Assembly (NCBI GenBank): GCA_031431875.1
Contig: JANPEF010000106.1
Coordinates: forward strand, 1 to 64,000
Direction: 5' to 3'
From: Candidatus Eiseniibacteriota bacterium
Lineage (GTDB): Bacteria > Eisenbacteria > RBG-16-71-46 > DASYSL01
DNA: 64,000 nucleotides
Every line of letters begins with the position of its first letter. The first letter of the stretch is position 1. The position numbers and the translations under genes were made by a program. The notes beneath the pieces were generated by a model. That model was not told where the DNA came from. It saw only the letters and a program-made list of their open reading frames with translations, and made no database searches. Below, one piece after another: positions 21,328 through 34,301 of the stretch.

Positions 21328-21550
21328 GTCCGCACCATGCCCGAGGCTGCCCCGGTGGCCCAACCGGAATCTTCGATCCACGGGCTATCCCTTCCGATGA
21401 CAGCGGGTTGCCGCGTTCGCCCCCGGTGTGCTACGGTGCCGTGTCGCCAAGGGGGAAGGGTGCGGTTCCCCGCGCCCGGACTTCCCGGCTCCCTCGTTCC
21501 GGTCTTTCCCCGGGGGCGCGCCACCGCGTGCCTGCCCCGGAGGTGCTGCT

Positions 21551-24229
21551 TTGGACGTCATCACCTCGCCCGGCCAGGAACTCCTGGCTCGCGTCTCCCG
21601 CCCGAACCGCTACGTGGGGAACGCGCTTCATGCGCCCCGCAAGCCGCTCGATCAGGCCGAGGTCACCGTCTGCCTGGCGCTCGCCGATGCTTATGAGATC
21701 GGCATGTCGCACCTCGGGCTCAGGATCCTGCACCACCGCATCAACCAGCGCGCCGACGCCGCCGCCGAGTTCTGCTTCGCGCCGTGGCCGGACGCCGAGG
21801 CCGCGATGATCCAGGCCGGGCGCAAGCTGTTCTCGCTCGAGTCGCAGCGGCCGCTGTGCGAGTTCGACATGCTCGGCATCTCGCTGCAGTACGAGCTCCA
21901 CTACACGAACGTGCTCGCCATGCTCGATCGCGGGGGCATTCCGCTCCACGCGCGCGATCGCGGCGAGCGCGACACGCTCGTCGTCGGCGGGGGACACGCC
22001 GCGTTCAACGCCGAGCCGATGGCGGATTTCTTTGACTGTTTTGTCGTGGGGGATGGCGAGGAGATCATTCTCAAGTTGCTGGATGAGGTGAAAAGCTGGC
22101 GCAAGGGTGAGTTTGATCGCAAGACTCTGCTCGCTGCGCTCGCAGGACATGGCGGCATTTATGTCCCTTCGGGATATGACCTCGTCCCCAACGCGCAGGG
22201 CTATGCCTGCCCGCAGGCCCGCCCCGGCTTCCCGGCCGTCGTGAACTCGGTTTGGGTCGACGCGCTCAAGCCCGAGTACTACCCCGACAAGCCGATGGTG
22301 CCGCTGTCCGAGATCACCCACGACCGCCTCGCGGTCGAGGTGATGCGCGGCTGCACCCGCGGCTGCCGCTTCTGCCAGGCGGGCATGATCAACCGCCCCG
22401 TGCGGCAGAAGGCGCCGGCGCAGATCGTCGACGAGGTGATGACCGGCCTCGCCGCCACCGGCTACGACGAGGTGTCGCTGCTGTCGCTGTCGACCACCGA
22501 TCACTCCGAGATCGTCGAGGCGGTCGACAAGATCACGCAGAACCTGTGCGGCGCATCGTCGGTCGCGCTGTCGCTGCCGTCGACCCGCCCCGGCACGCTG
22601 CCCGAGCGCCTGGCGAAGACCATGACCGAGGGCAAGAAGCCGCACCTGACGCTGGCGCCCGAGGCGGGCACGCAGCGCATGCGCGACGTGATCAACAAGG
22701 GCGTGTGCGAGGACGAGCTCATCGAGTCGATCGCGATCGCGGCGAAGCAGGGGTACACCGGCGCCAAGCTCTACTTCATGATCGGGCTGCCCGGCGAGCG
22801 CCCCGAGGACATCGTCGGCATCGTCGCGCTGGCCAGGAAGGCGCTGTCCGCCGGACGCGCGACGTCCCGCAACTTCACGATCACGGTCTCGATCTCGCCG
22901 CACGTGCCCAAGGTGCAGACCCCGTTCCAGTGGGAGGCGCAGGACGCCAGCGCCCTGGTCGAGGAGAAGGTCCGCATCCTGCGCCGCGAGGTCAGGGGCT
23001 CGCCGATCGTGCTCAAGTGGCGCGATTCGGAAACCGCGTTCCTCGAGGGCGTGTTCTCGCGTGGTGATCGCCGGCTGGGCGTGGCGATCCTCGAGGCCTA
23101 TCGTCGCGGCTGTCGTTTCGACGGCTGGACCGAGCACCTCAAGTACGACGTCTGGATGCAGGTCTTCGCCGACCTCGGCATCGACGCCGTGAAGTACCAG
23201 GAGCCGCGCCGGATCGACGTGCCCCAGTGCTGGGAGCACATCGCCTCGCCGGTGACCCGGAAGTTCCTGCTCAAGGAGCGCGAGAAGTCCGAACAGGCGA
23301 AGGTCACCGTCGACTGTCGCCTTGCGTTCTGTCATGCCTGCGGCATCGACGACTGCCCCGACCGCCTGTCGCCCACCGGGCGGCGGCCGGGGCAGGACGA
23401 CGTGCGCTTGCCGGTCACAGCGCAACCGCTGCCCCTGTTCGGGCGGCGGGCGAAGAAGACGCCGCTGGCCGCGAGCCTCGCCCTGGGGACACGCTTCCGC
23501 CTGCGTTACACGAAGAGTGCGGACCTGCGCTTCATCTCGCACCTCGAGCTGATGCGCGTCTGGGAGCGCACGCTGCGTCGCAGCACCCTGCCGATCGCCC
23601 TGACCCAGGGCTTCCGCAAGCATTTCAAGATGGCGTTCGGCCCGCCGCTGTCGGTGGGCTACACCTCGATTGCCGAGTACTTCGACCTCGAGTTCACCCG
23701 CCCCCCGGCCGTGGATTTCGAGGAGATGTTGTCGTCGCTGTTGCCGCCCGGCCTGTCGTTGACCGGCTGGCGGCCCATCCTCTACAAGACGGCCTCGCTG
23801 ATGGCCTCGGTGGATCACATGACCTACCGCGTCCGCCTGACCGACTCGTATCTGGAGTCGGGCGAGGTCTCTCCCGATGCACTCGAGGACCTCCTGCTCG
23901 AGCGCATCTCCGACCTGCTGGGGGCGACCGCGCTGGTCGTCCGCCGCCCGGTCGCGGAGGGCGTGAAGGAATTCGACGCCCGGCTCTCGCTCGAGAGCCT
24001 GCATCCGCTGCCCGGCGCCCGCGCTCTCGACCTGGGCATCCGCATGACGCCCGGGGCACAGGCACGGCCGGACGAGTTCGTGAAGCTCCTGCTGCCACAG
24101 GCGGATTCCCGCCTGCTGGCCGTCGAGCGGACCGGGCTCTACAAGCTCGAAGGAGAGGACCGTCTTTCGCCCTTCGACCTGCTCACGCTCGCGGCCCGTC
24201 CCCAGGAGGAGCGCCGCGCCACCGGGTAA
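21551..24229 (+). CDS. B12-binding radical SAM protein (TIGR03960-like) fused to a TIGR03936/DUF2344-like domain
   Basis: YEIGMSHLG, RGCTRGCRFC, LAPEAGT, KLYFMIGLP; C-terminal RFISHLEL..FGPPL.VG. GGAGG SD before TTG; upstream of rng, as usual for this family. Confidence 0.88.
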   Translation: MDVITSPGQELLARVSRPNRYVGNALHAPRKPLDQAEVTVCLALADAYEIGMSHLGLRILHHRINQRADAAAEFCFAPWPDAEAAMIQAGRKLFSLESQRPLCEFDMLGISLQYELHYTNVLAMLDRGGIPLHARDRGERDTLVVGGGHAAFNAEPMADFFDCFVVGDGEEIILKLLDEVKSWRKGEFDRKTLLAALAGHGGIYVPSGYDLVPNAQGYACPQARPGFPAVVNSVWVDALKPEYYPDKPMVPLSEITHDRLAVEVMRGCTRGCRFCQAGMINRPVRQKAPAQIVDEVMTGLAATGYDEVSLLSLSTTDHSEIVEAVDKITQNLCGASSVALSLPSTRPGTLPERLAKTMTEGKKPHLTLAPEAGTQRMRDVINKGVCEDELIESIAIAAKQGYTGAKLYFMIGLPGERPEDIVGIVALARKALSAGRATSRNFTITVSISPHVPKVQTPFQWEAQDASALVEEKVRILRREVRGSPIVLKWRDSETAFLEGVFSRGDRRLGVAILEAYRRGCRFDGWTEHLKYDVWMQVFADLGIDAVKYQEPRRIDVPQCWEHIASPVTRKFLLKEREKSEQAKVTVDCRLAFCHACGIDDCPDRLSPTGRRPGQDDVRLPVTAQPLPLFGRRAKKTPLAASLALGTRFRLRYTKSADLRFISHLELMRVWERTLRRSTLPIALTQGFRKHFKMAFGPPLSVGYTSIAEYFDLEFTRPPAVDFEEMLSSLLPPGLSLTGWRPILYKTASLMASVDHMTYRVRLTDSYLESGEVSPDALEDLLLERISDLLGATALVVRRPVAEGVKEFDARLSLESLHPLPGARALDLGIRMTPGAQARPDEFVKLLLPQADSRLLAVERTGLYKLEGEDRLSPFDLLTLAARPQEERRATG

Positions 24230-24232
24230 CGA

Positions 24233-25780
24233 ATGCGGAAGCGCATCGTCATCAACGCCGATCCACACGAAACACGGATCGCCATCCTCGAAGAGAACGA
24301 ACTGGTCGAGCTCATGGTGGAGCGCGGCGAGAAGCGCAGCCACGTCGGGGACATCTACAAGGGCCGCGTCAACGCGGTCCTCCCCGGCATGCAGGCGGCG
24401 TTCGTCGAAATCGGCCTCCCCAAGACCGCATTCCTGCACGCCTCCGACCTGGCCGAGAACCTGGCCGACCTCGAGGAGTTCGAGGGCGACGACGAGCCCG
24501 CAAGCCGCGGCGGCGGGGGACGGCGGCAGCGCCGCCCCGTCCCCAAGATCGAAGACTGCCTGAAGAAGGGGCAGGAGATCCTCGTCCAGGTGACCAAGGA
24601 ATCGATCGGCACCAAGGGCCCGCGCGTGACCCAGCAGGTCTCGCTGCCCGGGCGCTTCACGGTGTTCATGCCGGGCGTCGATCACTCGGGCGTGTCGCGC
24701 CGGATCGAGGACCGCGCCGAGCGGCAGCGCCTCAAGGCGCTGGTCGCCGAGCACCGACCCAAGGGCGCGGGCCTGATCGTCCGCACCGCGGGCGACGGCA
24801 AGGGCGAGAAGGAGTTCGCCAACGACGTCAATTACTTGATCAAGCTGTGGGAAAAAGTCGACCGCAAGTCGAAGACGGCGCGCGCGCCGAGCTTGATTCA
24901 CAGGGAGCTCGAGCTGACCACCGGACTGATCCGCGATCTCTTCACCGAAGACGTCGAAGAGCTCGTCATCGATTCGAAGGACGCCCACCGCGACATTCTC
25001 AATTACCTGCGTTCGATCTCGCCCGAGCTGCGCGACCGCGTGAAGCTCTACAATGGTCGCCAGCCGATCCTCGACGCGTACGACATCGAGGCGCAGATCG
25101 AGAAGGCGTTCGAGCGCAAGGTGTGGCTCAAGAAGGGCGGCTACCTGGTCATCGACCAGACCGAGGCACTGGTCTCGATCGACGTCAACACCGGTCGCTT
25201 CACCGGCAAGAAGAACCAGGAAGACACCATCTTCAAGACCAACATCGAGGCGGCCCGCGAGGCGGCGCGCCAGCTCCGGCTGCGCGACATGGGCGGCATC
25301 ATCGTCATCGACTTCATCGACATGGAGATCGAGGCGAACAAGAAGGCCGTGCTCGACGAGCTGCGCCAGCACCTGCGGAACGACCGCTCGCGGACGAAGG
25401 CGTTCGCCGTGTCGGACCTCGGCCTGGTCGAGATGACGCGCCAGCGCGAGCGCCCGTCGCTCCTCGCCTACTACAGCGAGGACTGCCCGACCTGCGACGG
25501 CATCGGCAAGATCCTCTCGCTCGAGTCCGTGATGGTGAAGGTCGAGCGCCTGCTGCGCCGCGTCTCCGCCGCCGGCAAGGAGAAGGAACTGGTCATTCGC
25601 GTCTCGCCCGACGTGGCGGTGTACATCCTCGAGCACAACGGCCGCCGCCTGGCCGAGGTCGAGCGCCGCTATAAACTGTCGATCGACCTCAAGGACGACC
25701 CGCAGGTGCGGCGCGAGGAGATCAAGATGTTCTCCGCCCGGACGAAGCAGGAGATCACGGACCAGTACGCGACGAGATAG
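24233..25780 (+). CDS. rng: Ribonuclease E/G family
   Basis: GDIYKGRV..VLPGMQAAFV S1 domain, ILVQVTKE, IDVNTG, LRLRDMGGIIVIDFIDM, CPTCDG. Confidence 0.95.
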   Translation: MRKRIVINADPHETRIAILEENELVELMVERGEKRSHVGDIYKGRVNAVLPGMQAAFVEIGLPKTAFLHASDLAENLADLEEFEGDDEPASRGGGGRRQRRPVPKIEDCLKKGQEILVQVTKESIGTKGPRVTQQVSLPGRFTVFMPGVDHSGVSRRIEDRAERQRLKALVAEHRPKGAGLIVRTAGDGKGEKEFANDVNYLIKLWEKVDRKSKTARAPSLIHRELELTTGLIRDLFTEDVEELVIDSKDAHRDILNYLRSISPELRDRVKLYNGRQPILDAYDIEAQIEKAFERKVWLKKGGYLVIDQTEALVSIDVNTGRFTGKKNQEDTIFKTNIEAAREAARQLRLRDMGGIIVIDFIDMEIEANKKAVLDELRQHLRNDRSRTKAFAVSDLGLVEMTRQRERPSLLAYYSEDCPTCDGIGKILSLESVMVKVERLLRRVSAAGKEKELVIRVSPDVAVYILEHNGRRLAEVERRYKLSIDLKDDPQVRREEIKMFSARTKQEITDQYATR

Positions 25781-25805
25781 TCCCCGCGAAGCGGGGACTG
25801 GGTTT
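25779..25805 (+). terminator. Hairpin terminator after rng
   Basis: AGTCCCCGC-GAA-GCGGGGACT; U-tract is weak. Confidence 0.55.
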
Positions 25806-25904
25806 GCGACCTGACAGGAACCTCACTTTGCCGCCCCCTCGAGGGGGTTTAGCCTTGCCTGCGGTCCCCAGCGGTCCACGCTCTCTCGCGAGGAGAAGTC
25901 CGTC

Positions 25905-26696
25905 ATGATCGTCACCACCACGCATGCGCCCGGCACGTTCTGCTGGCCCGAGCTGTCCACGTCGAACCAGGCCGGCGCCGAGAAGTTCTACACCGAGCTG
26001 TTCGGCTGGACCACGTCCCTGACGCCGATGGGTCCCGACTCCCACTACACGATCTTCCAGAAGGACGGCGTGCCGGTCGCCGCCGGGGCGGCGATGATGC
26101 CCGACGTCGCGGCGCAGGGCGTGCCGCCGCACTGGCTGTCGTACGTCGCGACGGAGAGCGTCGACGATTCGGTCGCCACCGCGCAGAAGCTGGGCGGTAC
26201 GCTCGTCGCGGGACCGTTCGACGTGATGGAGTACGGCCGCATGGCGGTGCTCGCCGACACGACGGGCACCCCGTTCGCGCTGTGGCAGGCGAAGACCAAT
26301 CCCGGCATCGGCGTGCTCGACGAGGACAACTCGCTGGTGTGGACCGAACTGTGCACCGACGACACGACGAAGGCGGCCGCGTTCTACAACGGACTGTTCG
26401 GCTGGACGACCGAGAAGTGGTCGGACGAACCGATGGAGTACACGCTGCTCAAGCGTGGTGACGCGAGCGCCGGCGGCATGATGAAGAAGGTCCCGCAGAT
26501 GGGCCCGGTACCGAACCACTGGATGCCGTACTTCGGCGTGGCCGCGTGCGACGCGACGGTGAGCAAGGCCCAATCGCTCGGCGCGACCGTCGTCGTTCCG
26601 GCGATGGACGTCCCCAACGTCGGCCGCACCGCCGCCCTGGCCGATCCGCAGGGCGCGACGTTCTCGATCATGCAGTTCGCGCCGCGGCCGGCCTGA
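25905..26696 (+). CDS. Two-domain VOC/glyoxalase family protein (CFP32-like)
   Basis: PGTFCWPEL, FYTELFGW, HWLSYV, GPFDV..GRMA; the pattern is duplicated in the second half. Confidence 0.9.
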   Translation: MIVTTTHAPGTFCWPELSTSNQAGAEKFYTELFGWTTSLTPMGPDSHYTIFQKDGVPVAAGAAMMPDVAAQGVPPHWLSYVATESVDDSVATAQKLGGTLVAGPFDVMEYGRMAVLADTTGTPFALWQAKTNPGIGVLDEDNSLVWTELCTDDTTKAAAFYNGLFGWTTEKWSDEPMEYTLLKRGDASAGGMMKKVPQMGPVPNHWMPYFGVAACDATVSKAQSLGATVVVPAMDVPNVGRTAALADPQGATFSIMQFAPRPA

Positions 26697-26849
26697 GCCA
26701 GGCGAAGCCTTTCTGGCCCACCGGAGTCGATCGCAGTATTTCATTGTCGCGCATGGGGATCCGGGCGTGGCGCAGGCCGCGCCCGGAGCCTGTGACGGTG
26801 CTGGACCGGGCCATCTCCTGGAACGCCAGGCGGCAACGCCGCCCCGCGG

Positions 26850-26879
26850 TTGACGTCCGGTCGGTCCGATTGGTATAAA
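26850..26879 (+). promoter_or_regulatory. Sigma70 promoter for rplU-rpmA
   Basis: TTGACG-18 nt-TATAAA with extended TGn. Confidence 0.75.
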
Positions 26880-27017
26880 CACCTTGGTTTGCAGAACGTT
26901 GGGCGGATCGCAGGGCCACCGCCGTACGACTCGCCGGCCCCTCGACCCGCCTTTCTTGTTGTCCGGCCTGTGCCGGCATTTCCCGGCAGCCTCGCCGGAA
27001 GCGAAGGAGAATTCCCG

Positions 27018-27329
27018 ATGTACGCGATCGTCACCATCGCCGGCAAGCAGTGGCACGCCGAGCCGAAGGCCATCCTCGACGTCCCGCTCCTCAGCGTGCA
27101 GCCCGGCGACACGGTCACGTTCGACCAGGTGCACCTGGTGGCCGATGCCGGCAAGGTCACGCTGGGTCGCCCGTTCGTCGCTGCCGCGAAGGTCGTCGCC
27201 ACGGTGCTCGAGAACGGCCGCGGTCCCAAGCTCGTGATCGGCAAGTTCAAGCGCCGGAAGGCCTATCGCCGCACCAAGGGCCACCGTCAGGATTACACCC
27301 GCATCCAGATCGAGTCGGTCACGGCCTAG
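27018..27329 (+). CDS. rplU: 50S ribosomal protein L21
   Basis: MYAIVTIAGKQ, KFKRRK.Y...GHRQ.YT; AAGGAG SD. Confidence 0.97.
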   Translation: MYAIVTIAGKQWHAEPKAILDVPLLSVQPGDTVTFDQVHLVADAGKVTLGRPFVAAAKVVATVLENGRGPKLVIGKFKRRKAYRRTKGHRQDYTRIQIESVTA

Positions 27330-27362
27330 CCGCGACCGCCGCCTGAAGAGAGGTCACGTACC

Positions 27363-27650
27363 ATGGCTCACAAAAAAGGCCAGTCCAGCGTCAAGAACGG
27401 CCGCGACTCCAATGCCCAGCGCCTCGGCGTGAAGGCCTACGGCGGCCAGCTGGTGCATGCCGGATCCATCCTCGTGCGTCAGCGCGGCACCGTGTTCCAC
27501 CCCGGCGCCAACGTCGGCAAGGGTTCCGACGACACCCTCTTCGCGCTCGTGCACGGCACCGTCCGGTTCAAGCGCTGGGGTCGCGACAAGCAGAAGATCG
27601 GGATCGAGCCGCTGAAGGTGGAGATCACCTCCGACGCGGTCGAGGCTTGA
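27363..27650 (+). CDS. rpmA: 50S ribosomal protein L27
   Basis: MAHKKG.SS.KNGRDS..QRLGVK, RQRGT. Confidence 0.98.
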   Translation: MAHKKGQSSVKNGRDSNAQRLGVKAYGGQLVHAGSILVRQRGTVFHPGANVGKGSDDTLFALVHGTVRFKRWGRDKQKIGIEPLKVEITSDAVEA

Positions 27651-27657
27651 GGCTCGC

Positions 27658-28596
27658 TTGAACGTCAAGGTCTCGGTCGTTGGCGGCGGCAACGTCGGGG
27701 CGAACACCGCCCTCTACATCGCGGAACGCGGCCTTGCCGACGTGACGCTGATCGACATCGTCGAGGGCATGCCGCAGGGCAAGGCGCTCGACCTGACGCA
27801 GGCCGCGCCCTTGTGGCACTCGGCCGCGCGCGTCACGGGCTCGAACTCGCTCGAGGACGTGAAGGGCTCGGCGGTGGTCGTGATCACCGCGGGCTTCCCG
27901 CGCAAGCCGGGCATGTCGCGCTCGGACCTGCTCAAGGCCAACGCCGACATCGTCGGCCCGGCCGCCGAGGCGGTGAAGAAGCACGCCCCGCACGCGACCG
28001 TGATCGTGGTCACCAATCCGCTCGACGTGATGGCCTACGTCGCATGGCGGAAGACGGGCTTCCCCAAGCAGCGTGTGCTCGGCATGGCCGGCGTCCTCGA
28101 CTCGACGCGCTTCCGCGCATTCGTGGCGATGGAACTCGGCGTCGCCGCGCCCGACGTGCAGGCGATGGTCCTCGGCGGGCACGGCGACTCCATGGTGCCG
28201 CTGCCGCGCTACACCACCGTCGGCGGGATCCCCATCACCGAGCTCCTGAGCAAGGAGCGGATCGAGGCCCTGTCGCAGCGCACGCGCGACGGCGGCGCCG
28301 AGATCGTCAAGCTCCTCAAGACGGGCAGCGCCTACTACGCGCCTGCGATGTCGGCGGTCGAGATGGTGCAGGCGATCCTGCGCGACGAGAAGCGCGTTCT
28401 CCCGTGTTCCGTCCTGCTCGACGGCGAGTACGGCATGAAGGGTCTCTTCCTCGGCGTGCCGTGCGTCGTCGGCGCCGCCGGCGTGGAGCGCGTGATCGAG
28501 CTCTCGCTGTCGGCCGAGGAGCAGGCCATGCTCGCGGCATCCGGCAAGGGCGTCCGCGAGATGATCGAGGAGCTTGCGCTCGACGCCGTCGCCTGA
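27658..28596 (+). CDS. mdh: Malate dehydrogenase (LDH-like)
   Basis: GGGNVG; AGFPRKPGMSR carries the MDH-type Arg specificity residue; VTNPLD, LDSTR, GGHGD; TTG start. Confidence 0.93.
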   Translation: MNVKVSVVGGGNVGANTALYIAERGLADVTLIDIVEGMPQGKALDLTQAAPLWHSAARVTGSNSLEDVKGSAVVVITAGFPRKPGMSRSDLLKANADIVGPAAEAVKKHAPHATVIVVTNPLDVMAYVAWRKTGFPKQRVLGMAGVLDSTRFRAFVAMELGVAAPDVQAMVLGGHGDSMVPLPRYTTVGGIPITELLSKERIEALSQRTRDGGAEIVKLLKTGSAYYAPAMSAVEMVQAILRDEKRVLPCSVLLDGEYGMKGLFLGVPCVVGAAGVERVIELSLSAEEQAMLAASGKGVREMIEELALDAVA

Positions 28597-28638
28597 GCGC
28601 CCTGCGCGCGAGGATGCGGCCACCGCGCCGCCGTCTCC

Positions 28639-31986
<3,348 letters not shown>

Positions 31987-31990
<4 letters not shown>

Positions 31991-32532
31991 GCGTGCCGGG
32001 CATCGCCGATCCCGCGCGCGTGCGGCTGGTCGCCTTCGATTCCGACGGCACGTTGACCGAGCGCGGCATCACCTGGGACGATCGTGGCGTCGGCACGCGG
32101 CGCTTCGACGTGCGCGACGGGATCGCCATGCAGTGGGCGATGCAGGCCGGGCTACGGGTGGTCGTGATCTCCGGCAAGGAATCGCCGGCGACGAACGCGC
32201 GCCTCGCCGAGCTCGGCGTGCCGGGGTTCCTGGGAGTGCTCGACAAGCCCGCCTGCCTCGCCGCGTTCGCCGCGTCGCACGGCCTCACGCTCGCCGATTG
32301 CGCGTTCCTCGGCGACGACCTGCCCGACGTGCCCGTGATGCGCCAGGTCGCCTACCCGATGGCCGTCGCCGACGCGCACCCGATCGTGCACGCGGTCGCC
32401 GCGTGGCGTACCGTCGCCGACGGTGGGCGCGGCGCGGGGCGCGAGGCGCTCGAGCACCTGCTGCGCGCCACCGGTCGCTGGCAGGCGATCCTCGCGCGCT
32501 ACGACGCGGGCGATGTCGCGGTGTCGGCATGA
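31987..32532 (+). CDS. kdsC: KDO 8-phosphate phosphatase
   Basis: FDSDGTLT, FDVRDG, ISG, GDDLPD, GGRGA.RE. Confidence 0.92.
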
Positions 32533-33533
32533 GCGGCGCCGCGCCGCGCACCGAGCTCGACGCGCTCGCGGCCGCACGCGCGTTGCTGCGCGCCCAGTCT
32601 GCCGCGCTTGCCGCGGTGGCGACGCGGCTCGACGACGGGTTCGCGCGCGCCGTCTCGCTCCTCGCCGCGCGGCGCGGCAAGATCGTCGTCTCGGGGATCG
32701 GCAAGAGCGGGCTGGTGGGTCGCAAGGTCGCAGCCACACTCACCTCGACGGGCGCGCCCGCCTTCTTCCTCCACCCGGTCGAGGCGCTGCATGGCGATGC
32801 CGGGCTGGTCGAGGCGGGGGACGCCGCGATCGTTCTTTCCAAGAGCGGGGCAGGGGACGAACTGGCCGGCCTGTTGCCGCTGTTCGCCCGGCTCGCCGTG
32901 CCGATCGTCGCGCTCACCGAACACGCCGACTCGCCGCTGGCACGCGCCGCAACGGTGGTCGTCGCGTTCGGCCCGATTGACGAGGCCGGCACCGTACCCG
33001 GCGCGCCGACCACGAGCACGCTGGTGAGCATGGCGCTGGGCGATGCGCTCGCCGCGGCGCTGGCCCGCGAGCGCGGGTTCGCTGCGGCCGACTTCCACTT
33101 CCTGCACCCGGGCGGCGTGCTCGGGCGGCGCGCCGCGATGCGCGTCGACGAACTCATGCACAGGGCACCCGACCTGCCGGTGGTGTGGTCCGGCGATTCC
33201 GTGCATGCCGCGTTGCTCGCGATCATGGCCGGACGACTCGGGCTGGCCTGCGTCGTCGATGAGGCCGGCGGGCTGTGCGGCATTCTCACCGACGGCGACC
33301 TCAAGCGCATCCTGCTCGCCCGGGGCGGCGAAAACGTGCTCGCGCTCCCGGTGGCCGAGGTGATGAATCGCCACCCGCGCACGATCGCCGGCGACGCCCT
33401 GGTCGCCGCTGCGGTCCGGGCGATGGAAGAGAACGAGCCGGGGCCCATTACGGCGCTCGTCGTGGTGGACGCGGAAGGTCGCCCTTCGGGCGTGCTGCAT
33501 CTGCACGACTGCATCCGGCTCGGGGTCCGCTGA
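32529..33533 (+). CDS. kdsD: Arabinose-5-phosphate isomerase (SIS + CBS domains)
   Basis: GIGKSG, STGAPAFFLHP.EALHGD, APTTST, HPGG.LG, TDGDL, LHLHD. Confidence 0.95.
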   Translation: MSGAAPRTELDALAAARALLRAQSAALAAVATRLDDGFARAVSLLAARRGKIVVSGIGKSGLVGRKVAATLTSTGAPAFFLHPVEALHGDAGLVEAGDAAIVLSKSGAGDELAGLLPLFARLAVPIVALTEHADSPLARAATVVVAFGPIDEAGTVPGAPTTSTLVSMALGDALAAALARERGFAAADFHFLHPGGVLGRRAAMRVDELMHRAPDLPVVWSGDSVHAALLAIMAGRLGLACVVDEAGGLCGILTDGDLKRILLARGGENVLALPVAEVMNRHPRTIAGDALVAAAVRAMEENEPGPITALVVVDAEGRPSGVLHLHDCIRLGVR

Positions 33534-33563
33534 GCGGTCCACCGGGCGGTCCGCGGACGCTGC

Positions 33564-33618
33564 TGGCATGCTTCCTGCAAGGCTTTCCTTGAATCCTCGC
33601 TCCCTCCTTTGTTAGCGT
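33564..33618 (+). promoter_or_regulatory. Tandem sigma54 and sigma70 promoter candidates for lptC-lptB-rpoN
   Basis: TGGCAT-GCTTC-CTGCA (33564-79), followed by TTGAAT-18 nt-TAGCGT (33589-618). Confidence 0.6.
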
Positions 33619-33656
33619 GCGGATGCACGGGGCGGACGCCCCGGGTGGGAGGTTCC

Positions 33657-34301
33657 ATGGTCGACGGGCGAACCCTCGGGTCGGACACGGACGCTCCGCG
33701 TCGCGCGCTGCGCGAGCGGTGCGCGGCGTCGTTGCGTGCGCTCATGGCCGTCGTGGCCATCGGCACCTGCGCGCCGCTCTCCGGCTGCAGCCGCGACACC
33801 ACGGTGCCACTCTCCCCGCGTGCCGCGAACCTGCCCAGCCAGGAAGTCACCGACTTCACGCTCGAGGAATCCGACACCGGCCGTCCCGAGTGGATCCTCG
33901 AGGCGAAGTACGCGGCCACCTATTCGCATCGCGGGCTCATCGTGGCGAAGGATGTGACGATCGACTTCTTCGACTCGGCGGGCGAGAAGTACTCGCACCT
34001 CACCGCTGCCGAGGGCACTGTGCAGCAGCCGGGCAACGACATGGAGGCGCGCGGAAAGGTGGTCGTCACGACGACCGACGGCACGCGCATCGCGACCGAG
34101 TCGTTGCGCTTCCTGCCGCGTCAGCGGCGCATCACGTCGGACCAGTTCGTGCGCTTCGAGCGCAATGGCGACGTGGTGACCGGGATCGGCTTCGAGAGCG
34201 ATCCGAGCCTCGAGCACTTCTCGATCAAGCGCGAGGTGAAGGCGCAGGTGCAGTCGAGCCCGGGCGGCGGCCTGCGTTTCGAGGAGCGCCGCGGCAAGTG
34301 A
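33657..34301 (+). CDS. lptC: LPS export periplasmic protein LptC
   Basis: Beta-jellyroll pattern (W.LEA..A, IDFFD, TESL, ITSD..V, GIGFESD); located between kdsD and lptB. Start uncertain (33657 or 33744). Confidence 0.85.
   Translation: MVDGRTLGSDTDAPRRALRERCAASLRALMAVVAIGTCAPLSGCSRDTTVPLSPRAANLPSQEVTDFTLEESDTGRPEWILEAKYAATYSHRGLIVAKDVTIDFFDSAGEKYSHLTAAEGTVQQPGNDMEARGKVVVTTTDGTRIATESLRFLPRQRRITSDQFVRFERNGDVVTGIGFESDPSLEHFSIKREVKAQVQSSPGGGLRFEERRGK

Noticed and set aside
21431..25636. 1401-aa minus-strand ORF and other long antisense ORFs (e.g. 47316-49898, 53164-55329, 11899-14025)
   Set aside because: They mirror well-supported plus-strand genes and show no motifs; such shadow ORFs are expected in high-GC3 DNA.
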